A stretch of DNA of 57,955 bases, filler included, from Dugesia japonica (lineage: Eukaryota), in NCBI GenBank assembly GCA_001938525.1. It is 6 parts of 6 records of this genome, joined end to end, with 100 filler letters (N's around TTAATTAATTAA, not from the genome) between each part and the next. Parts side by side here need not be neighbours in the genome. Positions count along the whole stretch, not along the records: positions 8,571 to 17,635 come from MQRL01594135.1; positions 17,736 to 27,262 come from MQRL01599133.1; 4 more parts are not named here. One strand, written 5' to 3'. The notes below the pieces were generated by a model. It ran no database searches and was not told the DNA's origin. It saw only the letters and a program-made list of their open reading frames with translations. This document shows positions 9,885 through 21,376 of this stretch, piece by piece. Numbering within the stretch: position 1 is the stretch's first letter; each line of letters begins with the position of its first letter. A program made the position numbers and the translations under genes.

Positions 9885-10439
9885 TTCTTAGCAAATACAT
9901 TATATTTTGATCGAAGCTTTTTCTTTATTTTAAAGAAATCATTATTTATTAAATTTATTCAATGACTAGTTTCAGAATTAAGAACTTCAGTTGCTATATG
10001 CTTACAAATAACAATGTTTTTAATTGTAAAATAAATGTCCACTCAAACATTTACAATAAAAAAATGATAACGTGTAATATCGAATAACAATTTTATTGCA
10101 TATATCAACTAATGGATTAAAGTAGGTAGATACTGGCGTACAGGAACACCTCCAGCCAAGATTTTTTTAAAGGTCACCTGTTCTAGAATTTGATTGGTTG
10201 AAAATTAAGTGTGCGTATTTTTACGTTATTTGATTGGTCGAAACTTTTTAAGGTCAATATCAACTTTTCCTGATTTTTGATGAGTCATCGGTGTGAAATT
10301 AAAGTTTTTGTTTAAATTGACAGTTTTTATATGATTTTTTAGTTAAATTACGTGAAATTACAGATTTTTCAGAAAAATATATTTAAACTGTTTCAAAATA
10401 TATTTAAATTAATAGAAAGAAACAGCAACAAAAATCTTG

Positions 10440-10935
10440 AAGCTCATCAAATTTATGGCAGGGAAATTCAATTTGTTTGCAATGAGAACTTAGTTTTCCT
10501 TGATGAAACCGGAACAAATATGCAACTATCAAGAGATTATGGTTATTCAACGGGAAAATGTGAAAATTTATAAAACGGTAAAAGCCGATAGAGCAGTATC
10601 TCGCAAACTTGTTTAGTCTGCGGCACACCAATTTTTTTTCATTCATTCTGTTTTAAATACTTGTCCATTCTATATATTATATTACCAAAAAAAATCTAGA
10701 ATTTTTCTAGAATCTAGAAAAAAATTTATATTTTGGTGTGCCGTAGACTAAAAACGTTTGCGAGACACTGTGATAGAAGTATGAATATCAGCTGGATGGC
10801 ATCTTAGGTTACCAGAAACAAGATGGAGCATTTAACGGAAAGTATTTCATGCCCCTTATAACAGAGAAACTAGTTCCTCATTTTCTGCTAAACAGATCTG
10901 ATCTACTAATTATGGACAACTGTCGGTTTTATCGA
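10440..10935 (+). pseudogene. IS630/Tc1-like DDE transposase fragment, interrupted by a MITE
   Basis: LVFLDETGTN...RDYGYS, then ILGYQKQDGAFNGKYF...LLIMDNCRFY. Confidence 0.75.
10594..10770. mobile_element. hAT-like MITE
   Basis: About 37-bp TIRs CAGTATCTCGCAAACTTGTTTAGTCTGCGGCACACCA / TGGTGTGCCGTAGACTAAAAACGTTTGCGAGACACTG; degenerate 8-bp flanks cgatagag/tgatagaa. Confidence 0.8.
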
Positions 10936-11010
10936 ATTATTAGAGTTAAATAATATTAAATCTAGATTTCTTCCTCAATATTACTCTCCTCTTTACAATT
11001 ACAAATAGAA

Positions 11011-11216
11011 TTATTGCGAGAATAATTGTTGGGCGTAACTATTGATCGTTTTTCAGAATTCATTAAAATAAAAGCTTCCATCAAAATTTGTTTTTTTTCC
11101 GGTTTTTGATAATAATTGAAAAGTCAGTTCCTGACGAAGACAAAGTCGAAATAAAGAATTATTATCTAAACCCATATAAAATAAAATTTGATCGAAGATT
11201 TTATTTCAATGAATTT
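11011..11216. mobile_element. Palindromic Penelope-type insertion, short copy with a hammerhead in the loop
   Basis: Same head (TTATTGCGAGAATAATTGTTGG) as 9200, 21250 and 50730; inverted arms around 11057-11117 and 11157-11216. Confidence 0.7.
11126..11160 (+). ncRNA. Minimal type I hammerhead ribozyme
   Basis: AGTTC-CTGACGA-AGACAAAGTC-GAAA-TAAA-GAATT; canonical CUGANGA/GAAA core, stems I and II pair; cleavage triplet appears mutated relative to the 52003 copy. Confidence 0.7.
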
Positions 11217-11242
11217 AGTCTCCTCAAATGAATCATGCAGAG

Positions 11243-11774
11243 GAGTATTTCTCAACGAAAAACACACCGCGGACCAGTAAACTGTAAAACATTTATAACG
11301 CGGGCCACTAGTTGAGAAACATTGCTCTATGACAGTGTGTTTCTTAACCAAAAACCAACCAATGATCAGTAGATAGTAAAACTTTCTAACGCGGAATATT
11401 AATGATGGAGTATTTATCATACGTAGTAGTGTTATTCTAAATCTTAACTACAAATACGTTATTGCCAAAAACGAATTTTACATGCATCACTGAGTAAGAA
11501 AGGAAAATTACGCTGTTCCAAGTACTTAAGTTAGAGTTCGACTGCATTTTAACAGCCTACAGCTTTAGTTTACCTTCTCAATATGCCTTTTCTGATATAA
11601 TTTGAATGTTTTCTTATCTATCTTTAACATCTTCTTATTAGAAAAAGTAACCGAACCTCCTCGAGATAAATTCCAAAATATTAATTAAGAAATTATTTAA
11701 TGATCCTTGGCGGCCCACTAGTATTTTATTTATGGACCGGATAAGGGCCGCGGCCCACAGGTTAGGGACCACTG
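11243..11774. mobile_element. hAT (Charlie-like) MITE relics, two adjacent
   Basis: Ends GAGTATTTCTCAAC...GTTGAGAAACATTG (11243-11324) and CAGTGTGTTTCTTAACC...GGTTAGGGACCACTG (11333-11774) with GCGGCCCAC subterminal motifs. Confidence 0.55.
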
Positions 11775-11920
11775 CTATAGAGGAGTATTTCAGCTATTTC
11801 AAGTCAGTCTTGGCATCGTTTCACTTGTCGCCAGAGAATAAAATTAAATCCAGAATCAATAAAGTGTTAACGAATGAAACTGTTTATATATATATATATA
11901 TATTTCTGCCAAAACCTATA

Positions 11921-12832
11921 ATAATTTTATGGATTTTTTTCACAGAAATGATAACAATGAAAAATGATAACGTGTCATATTAAATAGCAATTTTCTTACG
12001 TATCTAAACAAATGAATTAAAGTAGGTAGATAGTGGCGCACAGGAACCCTTACCCAAGATTTTATGTAAAGATCAATTGTTCTAGAATTTGATTGGTCGA
12101 AAATTACGTGATTTGATTTGTCGATATTTTTAAGGTTAAGGTCAACTTTTCCTGATTTTCCCGGTAAGAAATTGAACTTTTGTTTAAATTGACAGAATTT
12201 TATGATTTTTTATTTAAATTACGTAAAATTAATAATTTTATGGATTTTTTCACAGAAATGATAACAATGAAAAACGATAACGTGTCATATTAAAAAGCAA
12301 TTTCCTTACGTATCTAAACAAATGAATTAAAGTAGGTAGATAATGGTGTACGGGAACCCCCAGGCAAGATTTTTTTTAAATGTCAACTGTTCTAGAATAT
12401 GATTGGTCGAAAATACGTGATTTGATTGGTCGACATTTTTTAAGGTTAACTGTACCAGATTTGAAGCGTTTTAAGTGTGACATTGAAATTTTGGTTTAAA
12501 TTGACAGACTTTTTATGATTTTTTATTTAAATTACGTAAAATTAATAATTTTATGGATTTTTTCACAGAAAGGATAACGTGTCATATTAAATAGCAATTT
12601 CCTTATAATTCTAAACGTGATTTGATTTGTCGATATTTTTAAGGTTAAGGTCAACTTTTCATGATTTTCTCAGTGTAAAATTAAATTTTTTGTTTAAATT
12701 GACAGACTTTTTATGATTTTTTTATTTATATCAATAATTTTATGGAATTTTTTCACAGAAATGATAACAATAAAAAATGATAACGTGTTATATTAAATAG
12801 CAATTTCCTTGCAATTCTAAACAAATGAATTA
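11921..12832 (+). repeat. About 310-bp tandem repeat containing the AGTAGGTAGATAGTGGCGC terminus motif and TGATTGG boxes
   Basis: Units start near 11921, 12233, 12545 (internally deleted) and 12734 (partial); dispersed copy at about 10060-10360. Confidence 0.85.
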
Positions 12833-14709
12833 ATTTAGAATTAATTTATTATCTTCTACTTATTGGTTTAAAAAATTGTTAAACTATGACTCTCTTCAAG
12901 AAGGGTTGTAGTTATCCAATGGTAACGCTGGGAACTATCAAAACGTGATTAACCAATTGCTGAGTATGTCTGATTATTCTGATTAGGGGTTGTCAGTCAA
13001 CTCCATGGTATGGTGTAATTTAATCACTAAAGAATGATCCTGTTTATGAAAGTAAGTACTCGTTCATTTGAGAGAAATTCGAAAAGAACTAAAGCTCTAC
13101 ATTGAGGAATTGGAAATCTGAAAATCAGTGATTGGTGACGTTAAGCATCATAGATTAACTGAAATTGAACTTTTTATGGTACCAAGGGATTGCACAAAAG
13201 CGCTTACAATTTATATTATAAATAAATATTATAGAAATCAATATGCTGAAATTGAACATATTTAAGCAAAACNNNNNNNNNNNNNNNNNNNNNNNNNNNG
13301 AAATCACGGGAGTTGTTTGTGGTGATAAATTGATAAATGAATACAATAATTAATAATCGAAACAGTAAAAGATATTAATATATATCCATGATATAAACTA
13401 CATTTATATCTACTATTTTATATTATTAGGTCATTAAATATGGCATGTTGAATTTCCTGTAGTCCACAGTTAAAATTCGGTTTCATTATTCATTGAAATT
13501 TAATATGATTAATTAAATTTGAAGTCATTACAAGTAGAAAATTCGATAGATTTATACCAAAATCGTTCCATTTTAAAGTATTTAAAAAATCATTTGGCTA
13601 TTAAGTGAAATAATTTTACTTCATTACCTCAGTCTTTTCATCCAAAAATAAATTATTTGATAGTCTGTTGGCAATTGACTCAACTTGAGGAGAATTTAAA
13701 TTTATATTTCTCCAATTAATATGATCTAAATTAATAAAATAGAGATAGAATTATTGATAGAGACAAACCAAAAGGAAAAACAGAATTGGGCATGATGCTT
13801 TGAATTAAATTTTTAAAATATAAGTAATGCAATTTTTATTCACTGAATTTTAAAAACCAACAGATTATTTAAAGTCAAAACTTAAAATGCAAAAGTTTAA
13901 ATATCAGAATCGTTATTTTGAAAAAAATACTGAATGTATTATTAAAACAATGATGTCCATTGAATTGAAATCTTTCTTAAAAGTGATTGTTGTGCATTTG
14001 TGAATGTTATAACTATCATTGCCTAAAAACATTTTGGTATGGATATGTATTCATTGATATATCGCTTTGGTTGGTTGTTGTAGTATGTATACTTGGGTAA
14101 ATGTTATTNNNNNNNNNNNNNNNNNNNNNNNNNNNNNNNNNNNNNNNNNNNNNNNNNNNNNNNNNNNNNNNNNNNNNNNNNNNNNNNNNNNNNNNNNNNN
14201 NNNNNNNNNNNNNNNNNNNNNNNNNNNNNNNNNNNNNNNNNNNNNNNNNNNNNNNNNNNNNNNNNNNNNNNNNNNNNNNNNNNNNNNNNNNNNNNNNTTT
14301 ATTGTTATTTTTTTAATTATTAAAAAAATTAATTCACTTTTTTATTTAACTATTATAAATTGCAAATTTTAACTCGGTTTTTCATTAAACTAATTATGCA
14401 TTCAATAATTGTTAAATCAGACCTTTCAGAATACACAAATTTATATTAAATAACTATTGGCGTCTTCCAGGTTCTCCAAATTCCAGCTAGTCCAAATTCT
14501 AGTTACTCCAAAAAGTATTAAAAACACTAAAATTAACCTTTAAAAACGTGTTTTCACAGATTGATAACAGATAAGATTATCGTAAAATTATTTTTGAAAA
14601 GAATTTGGGAGATTTGATTGTGAATTATTTTAGAAAAATTTATTATTTTAAAAAGAAAATAATCGCTTCTTAAATTTTTAACTTTTCTGAATTTTTCTCA
14701 GCGCTTGAA

Positions 14710-15100
14710 ATATCGTAACTTTTTAAATGTGTAAAAGTGATTCTTCAAAAAAGTCGCTATAGTTGTTATTGGAGTGCAGAGACCTTTTTCATCGAGGAAT
14801 AATCTCATTTCAGCTAATGTCATATGGTGGTTCTTATCAATTTCTTTTAATAATTGATTCTTCATTTATATATTTATAATTCTTTTTAGGTATCTACCCC
14901 TTTTTTGGGTAGAAATTAATCCGGTTTTGTAATATCTAAAAAAGATGAATGTTTAAAATTTCTTTTTAAATAAAAGTATGCAAAGACAACCTGTAAATTA
15001 TATTTTTTTAAGGATCCGCAATTAACATTTAGAATCTCACTTACAGTTTTCATATCTTTTCCATCTTTATACGCTTTTATGATCTGTTTTTGTCCACAGC
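14710..15100 (-). pseudogene. IS630/Tc1-like transposase N-terminal HTH region
   Basis: QIIKAYKDGKDMKTVSEILNVN and, downstream, EIDKNHHMTLAEMRLFLDEKGLCTPITTIATFLKNHFYTFKKL. Confidence 0.6.
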
Positions 15101-17272
15101 AGAAATCCTGGTGAAATTTGTTAGATCTTGTGGAGAGAAATAACAATTTAATAAATATTTAACTGACTCCAAATTTTAACTCGAAAAACAATATGCGCGT
15201 AAGGTTTTAAATAAAAATGATAATAATAATAAATAACTAAAAGGATACTTTATGTTTTTAAAACTTTATTTAAATAAATCAAATATAGAAATAAAAATTA
15301 CAATTAATAACAAGGTGATTGATTTTACGGATTTAGCGAAAACCGCTCTATTTTGATTTTAATTGAAGGATAAAAACCGGTATTACAATACCGTTCTAAT
15401 AAGTTGTGAATGGTGGGACTAAATTTCCTCACCACACGTGTTAATTCAAGATGTGTAATTTAATAATTAATTTTTAACAAAACACAGATAATAATTCAGT
15501 GTCTAAATTACTGTATTATTATCTAATAAAATTTAATGATTTAAAGGAAACAAATATTAATCCAAACGGATTTATATTTGTTCAAAACTAACAAAAATAT
15601 TACCTTTTAACTGCTAATAATTAGCTTTGTAAATTTCAATATTCCTAGTTGTACTGCTAATGTAGCTTTAAAATGTTTGTCTACCAACTACTGATTTTCA
15701 ATCAGTATTTATACCAAATTTTTGTTTACAATTAATTTAACAGATTTCTTGATTAAACAAAGCGTTTACCAGAAATGGTAATTTCTATTTACTTAATTAG
15801 GAAATTTGAAATTTTCTGGAACTAAAATAAATAATGTAAAATAAATAAAAATTTACGTTACTATTTTTAGTAATTGATTTTAAGAAAATAAAATTATTTA
15901 ATAACTTTGAATAAGATTTTTTTATTATTTAATAACCTTGAGTAATTAATTGGTAAATTAAAACAATTTGAAATTTTAATAAACTGAATAAAAATTTTAT
16001 GAATGAATTTATAAACTAAATAAATTAATGTAAGCTTAGCTTAAAAAAACCCTAACAAATATAAAAACATCAAGAAAAAATAAGTAAATTTACTTTGGTC
16101 AGCTATATGAGAGTCTGCAGAGTTCCGTTGACTCAGAATCCGCATTTGAAATGGTTTCAAAATTCATTTTTAAAATATAAACAAAAATATAAGTTTTTCT
16201 AAAATTACTTTAAAAAAACCAGGTGTGTTTAGTATTTTGTGTGTGTGTGAATGCTGTGTGATTATCTTTTTCTACCTTCTATACTATAATAAGGAAGCAA
16301 ACTTTAAAAAAAAACTTAATACGTTATAAATCACTAAAAAATTTTTCAATTATATAATAGACAGCCAATCAGATTGCGGTAAATTATTATCAGGTTATTA
16401 TTTATTTTCATTATTTACTTATTAAACTTTATTTAGTGTATTATTTATTAATACTTTCATTAATAATGACATATTAATGAAATATTAATGTCATTTAATG
16501 TATTTTTATCAATTTATTAAACTTTTATAATTCGAAATTTTCAGAGATTTAAATTTGTTGAATTTAACAAGATAAGATTGTGATTAATGAAAATAATTGA
16601 ATAATACAATTTGTTGGGGTTTTATCTAGGTGAGTTGACAAATCTAGGGTATTAGACCTAGTTTTTCGGTTAATGAATTAATTTCTTCTGTTATTAATTG
16701 CCCTTTCTTTGTTCTCTCAGTCTGTTTGTGTCTTTCAACATTTCTTTTCTCCTTTTACGACTTAATAGGTTACGGATCATCCCCCATATTCATTTCCTTA
16801 ATTTCGGTTTCTTCTTTAATTATTCCTTTTGGTAACTGGTCTGACTCCTTCTTCTGTCTGTATTCATCGTTTTCCTTCTTGTGACATTCTTTTTGAATTT
16901 CGAGTTTACCTGTCGCTGGAATATTTTCTATTTTCAGGTGTTTCACCCTAACAAATTAAATTAATATCTTACTTTAACAAGTAAATATTTGATATTTTCA
17001 ATTTTGTGAAATTATTAAATAATTTTGATTTGAATTTAATTTAATAAATTATGCAAATTTGTGTAAATATTTTATTTGATAAACTTTTCTATTACAATTA
17101 TTATTATTTCTAGAATAATTGCCGAATTTAACTATTTATTTATAAATTATTCTCATTTTAATTGTTAATAATTAATATTTGGTGAAATATGTAAAATTTT
17201 ATTAATAATTTAATTATATTATTATTAGTGAAAAATTTATTTTACAAATATAAATAATCACCAATAGAAAAC

Positions 17273-17635
17273 ATGTTAGACAAAATTTGTGTGCTCTCAT
17301 ATTTTGTAAACAATTATCGATTACCAATGAACACTGATAAATTAGAAAATATTTATAAGTTATTAACTAGTCACAATTTTGATTCAAATAAAAATGTTCC
17401 AGATGAATTCAAATGTGGAAAATGTATGAAAATATTGATTAAAGCTTGTCAAACTCGATGTGGATGTAGATTTTGTCGGAGTTGTGTTGATGAAATGATG
17501 AATAATGAATGCCAATTTTGTCCTGGAATCACGAGTGATTGTAAAATTGAATTATTGTCCACAGTTCAATTGGATTACAGAGCAAATACACAAATATCGA
17601 AGCTAATAATGAAATGTCCTGAAGAAATGTGCTCA
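17273..17635 (+). CDS. TRAF-family RING-finger protein, N-terminal part
   Basis: FKCGKCMKILIKACQTRCGCRFCRSC...FCPG RING followed by LDYRANTQISKLIMKCPEEMC (TRAF linker and first Zn finger); truncated by the linker. Confidence 0.82.
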
Positions 17636-17735
17636 NNNNNNNNNNNNNNNNNNNNNNNNNNNNNNNNNNNNNNNNNNNNTTAATTAATTAANNNNNNNNN
17701 NNNNNNNNNNNNNNNNNNNNNNNNNNNNNNNNNNN
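17636..17735. other. Artificial scaffold linker
   Basis: TTAATTAATTAA at 17680-17691 between N44 runs. Confidence 0.97.
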
Positions 17736-19111
17736 ATTATTATTATTATTATTATTATTATTATTTCTTCTATTATTTTTTTATAAAATAATTGAATTGA
17801 TTTTAGATTAGATTACATAAACTATTTATTATTGTTTAATTGCACTAATTTGCATCTCAATGATCTAAATGATAACATCTTTACTTTTGAAAATGTCATA
17901 TTAATATATTGTTCTAATTTAACATATGAATCTCTTAATTAATAAATTTTCTTTTGATTAATTAATATAACTATTAACAAACTAATCTGATTTATAAGCA
18001 ATTTTTTAAAGTTATAAACATTTTAACATACATCTTTGTGATTTAATAGAGTGATTTTTACTCATGATAATTTCATTTCGGTATTGTTTTTTTATTTCTT
18101 GATTTTGCATATATATTTGCCTTTNNNNNNNNNNNNNNNNNNNNNNNNNNNNNNNNNNNNNNNNNNNNNNNNNNNNNNNNNNNNNNNNNNNNNNNNNNNN
18201 NNNNNNNNNNNNNNNNNNNNNNNNNNNNNNNNNNNNNNNNNNNNNNNNNNNNNNNNNNNNNNNNNNNNNNNNNNNNNNNNNNNNNNNNNNNNNNNNNNNN
18301 NNNNNNNNNNNNNNNNGAGTTTATTGTTTTAATGGGGGAAATATTCAATTTTTTAATTTTTGGTTTAAATTATATGATTTCTAATGATTTTTGTTTAAAT
18401 TAAGTTATTTTATTGATTTTTGATTAAATTAAATAAATAAATTTTTGTCTTTCTATTGCGGGGGTTTGGGGGTTTATTGCACAGTGGGCTACTATCTATC
18501 TAATAAAAAAACTTATATTTTTCCTTCAAACGATGCATTATTATATATAACTATTATCATTATTTTATCATTATATATTATTTCGAGAAGGAAGCATTTT
18601 TTTATAGTAGTACTTTAAGTAATGTATATGTAGTTTTTAATTTTATGTCGAATGGTGTCAAAATATTATCATTACATATAACTATTATCATTATATATCA
18701 TTATATTTATTTTTCGTTGATGTGATACACACGCACACAAAGGTGTAGAAAAAATTTAATACACGCGCAAATAGATAAAATGTGTGGGAAAATGTGATGC
18801 ACACACGCAAATGGATAAAAAAAAGATAGAAATAATATAATACACAAAAGTAAATAGATAAAATGAAACACTATAATATGTATTTACATTCAAATTTTGA
18901 CACAATTTAGTGTAAACAATCGAGAAACAAGCTACAAATTAATCTTAACTATATGGTAAGTTTTATTAATGATTATACATTATTTATTATATTTGTATTT
19001 TTAGAAAAAATACAACAATGAACAATTCAATGATGAAGAAAACGATGAATGCTCCAGTTCCTGCTCATGTTGTTGATGATAACAGTTAGTTTTAATTAAT
19101 TTTGTATTTTA

Positions 19112-19865
19112 AATCAATATCCAGCATACCAAAATTACTGTGCAAATTGGACACATAAAGCTGATTGCCATTGTATTATGGAGAGATACATGCACAATCA
19201 TTTTCTGAGAAAAAGTAGTATGTATGTCCCATATATAGGACAATAGGAATAGGTTCATATGTAGATTTTGACAACGCTCACGCGCACCATTTAGAATCAT
19301 TTGCTGTAAATAAGAAGAAATTATCAAAAATAATATTAGAGAACGAGATAGATGGTCCACCAACAAAGAAAATGAAACATAACATAATGGCCGGAGGGTG
19401 GGTGGTAGGGGGTAGGGGTGTATGGTCTTTGTTCTGACATAGAAAAAAAAGTATGACTCATCACTAGAAAGTAGGCGTGGCAAAAAGATAAAAAGTGGGC
19501 GGGGCAAAAGATAAATGGGCGTGGCCAAAAAGTGGGTGGAGTCCAAAAGTGGGCGGGGCTATGACTCGTCAGAAGTTAATGAAGAAATAATGATTGCCTA
19601 GAATTGGTAAATAATGAAGAAATCTGGTCTGATTTCCAAATTAGAGATGAAATGGATGAAGAAAATATTGCTATGCAACATTTAATTGAAGAATAAGTTG
19701 GTGGCTTATTAGATGATGTAGTTATTGAAAAGGATTTATATAAATGCCATCAAATTTTAAAAGTGAATATATCGAAGTGGAATATTAATGAAATTAGTAT
19801 ACCAGATTCTATAGTTACTCAAATATTTAAAACTATTGGGGAATTGAAACAAGTTAACCGATATG
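19112..19865 (+). pseudogene. Family-B pPolB N-terminal leader relic
   Basis: YQNYCANWTHKADCHCIMERY, YVDFDNAHAHHLESF...DGPPTKKMK and EE*VGGLLDDVVIEKDLYKCHQILKVNI align with the 28154-28670 translation. Confidence 0.75.
19390..19572 (+). promoter_or_regulatory. G-rich cluster of GC/CACCC boxes flanked by TGACTC motifs
   Basis: AGGCGTGG, GGGCGGGG x2, GGGCGTGG and GGGTGGAG at about 20-bp spacing, GATAA x2, TATGACTCA at 19452 and TATGACTCG at 19560. Confidence 0.45.
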
Positions 19866-19899
19866 CAACGAGGCATATCAAGAATTGAAACAGGATTTA

Positions 19900-20110
19900 A
19901 TAAAAACACCGGTACTAAGTTTTCCAACAGAAATAAAGATTGCATATTAGATACTGATGCAAGTTTTAACAGCATTGAGGCTGTCCTATTACAACTGGAT
20001 GAGAACAGTCGAGAAAGAGTGGTCGCCTATGGTTCCCATGCAATGAACGCTGACGAAAAAGAATATTGCATAACCAGGAAAGAATTGTTGGCAATATACT
20101 ACTTTTTTAT
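19900..20110 (+). pseudogene. Gypsy RT/RNase H fragment
   Basis: ILDTDASFNSIEAVLLQ...ERVVAYGSHAMNADEKEYCITRKELLAIYYF. Confidence 0.85.
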
Positions 20111-20540
20111 CTACCTACTTGAAATTATAACGGCGAATAAATTTAAATTCAAGGAAAATAGTTAAAAATAGTAAACATGCAAAAATGACCCACTGAAAAC
20201 AATTGAATGCAAAGAAAATGTAAGTCATTTTTACGAAGACTAAACTTTGCTTCGTTTTACATTGATCATATGATTTGAGCGTGAAATTAACATTTAACAT
20301 AATATTTATTATTAATAATAAAAAATTACAAAAACAAAATGAAAGATTTATTGCATAACATTTATGAACTAGAACAATAAAAAATAAAATAATTTCATAT
20401 CAAATCATATTATAATGCTAAAAATATGAATAGTATTAAAAATAATAATTTTAAATTTAATTCTAATAATAATAATAATTATTATTATTAAAAAATAAAT
20501 AACGCTATTTAAAATAAAAATATGTTTTTCCTTTTTTTAT

Positions 20541-20582
20541 TTTTGTATATTTCGACGGATCAACTGTCATCATCAGACAAAA
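20541..20582 (-). ncRNA. Minimal hammerhead ribozyme-like motif (second sequence family)
   Basis: Reverse complement TTTTGT-CTGATGA-TGACAGTTGATCCGTC-GAAA-TATA-CAAAA. Confidence 0.6.
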
Positions 20583-21236
20583 TAAAAAAATGAGTTAATT
20601 CAGTCTATTTTATTTTAAGAATGCTATATAAATGTAGATATTAACTAACAAGATATTTAACAAGTTAAAATTATATTTCATAAAATTGCAATATTAAAAC
20701 AAATCAAATTCATTTTAAATTTTTGAATATTTAATTTTAAATATTCAATAATTTGAATTTAGATATATTTAAATATTATCATTATTTTAAAATATCACAT
20801 TCCTCCCTTTGCTTTATTGATATTGAGGATTAGGATTTATTGTCATTCTTTCTGGATAACGTCTTTTGAGATCGCTCTCATTTTGTCGGTCAGATTGTAC
20901 TGGTAAGGCTGTTTTCTGTTTACTGCTAACTGATATTTGTGTGCTCCATGACTTGTAGGAAAGTTCATCTCTTGGTATTCTTTTGATTTGGTTGTAATTC
21001 CTTTGAATTAAAGTGTTTCTGTTTTCATTCAGCAAAGTGTAAGCCCATTCATTAATTTTCTTTATTACTTTAAATGGTCCAATATATCGCCTTTTAAAAC
21101 CATCATGTGCATTGTTTTTCATTAGAACTTTATTATCAATTTTAATTTCATCTCTAAATTGATATTTATCATATTTAGCTGTTGTAACTTCATTATGTTC
21201 TTCAATATGTTTTCTTACATGGCCATGAATATTNAT

Positions 21237-21376
21237 TTTATAATTACAATTATTGTGAGAATAATTGTTGGACTTAAACATTAATCGCATTTGAGATTTC
21301 TTTAAAATAAGAAAAAGCTTCGATCAACGTTTTTTTGATTATTATTTTGATCGAAGCCTTTTCTTATTTTAATGAA
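21237..21376. mobile_element. Short palindromic Penelope-type insertion inside the Gypsy integrase
   Basis: 12-bp TSD ATGAATATT(C/N)AT at 21225-21236 and 21377-21388 duplicates integrase residues MNIH; family head plus short inverted arms. Confidence 0.85.

Larger units (their letters stand above)
9186..9939. mobile_element. Palindromic non-autonomous Penelope-type insertion with two inverted hammerhead-like motifs
   Basis: About 220-bp inverted arms at 9245-9468 and 9717-9940; 13-bp direct repeat CATTATTTATTAA at 9173-9185 and 9940-9952; family head TTATTGTGAGAATAATTGTTGG. Confidence 0.8.

Noticed and set aside
14067-14372. ORFs made mostly of X (also 1822, 18051, 23512, 37613, 44029, 53182)
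   Set aside because: Artefacts of N gaps lacking stop codons.
16600-16950. Purine-rich minus-strand coding-like stretch
   Set aside because: Contains stops and no recognisable motif; cannot be assigned.
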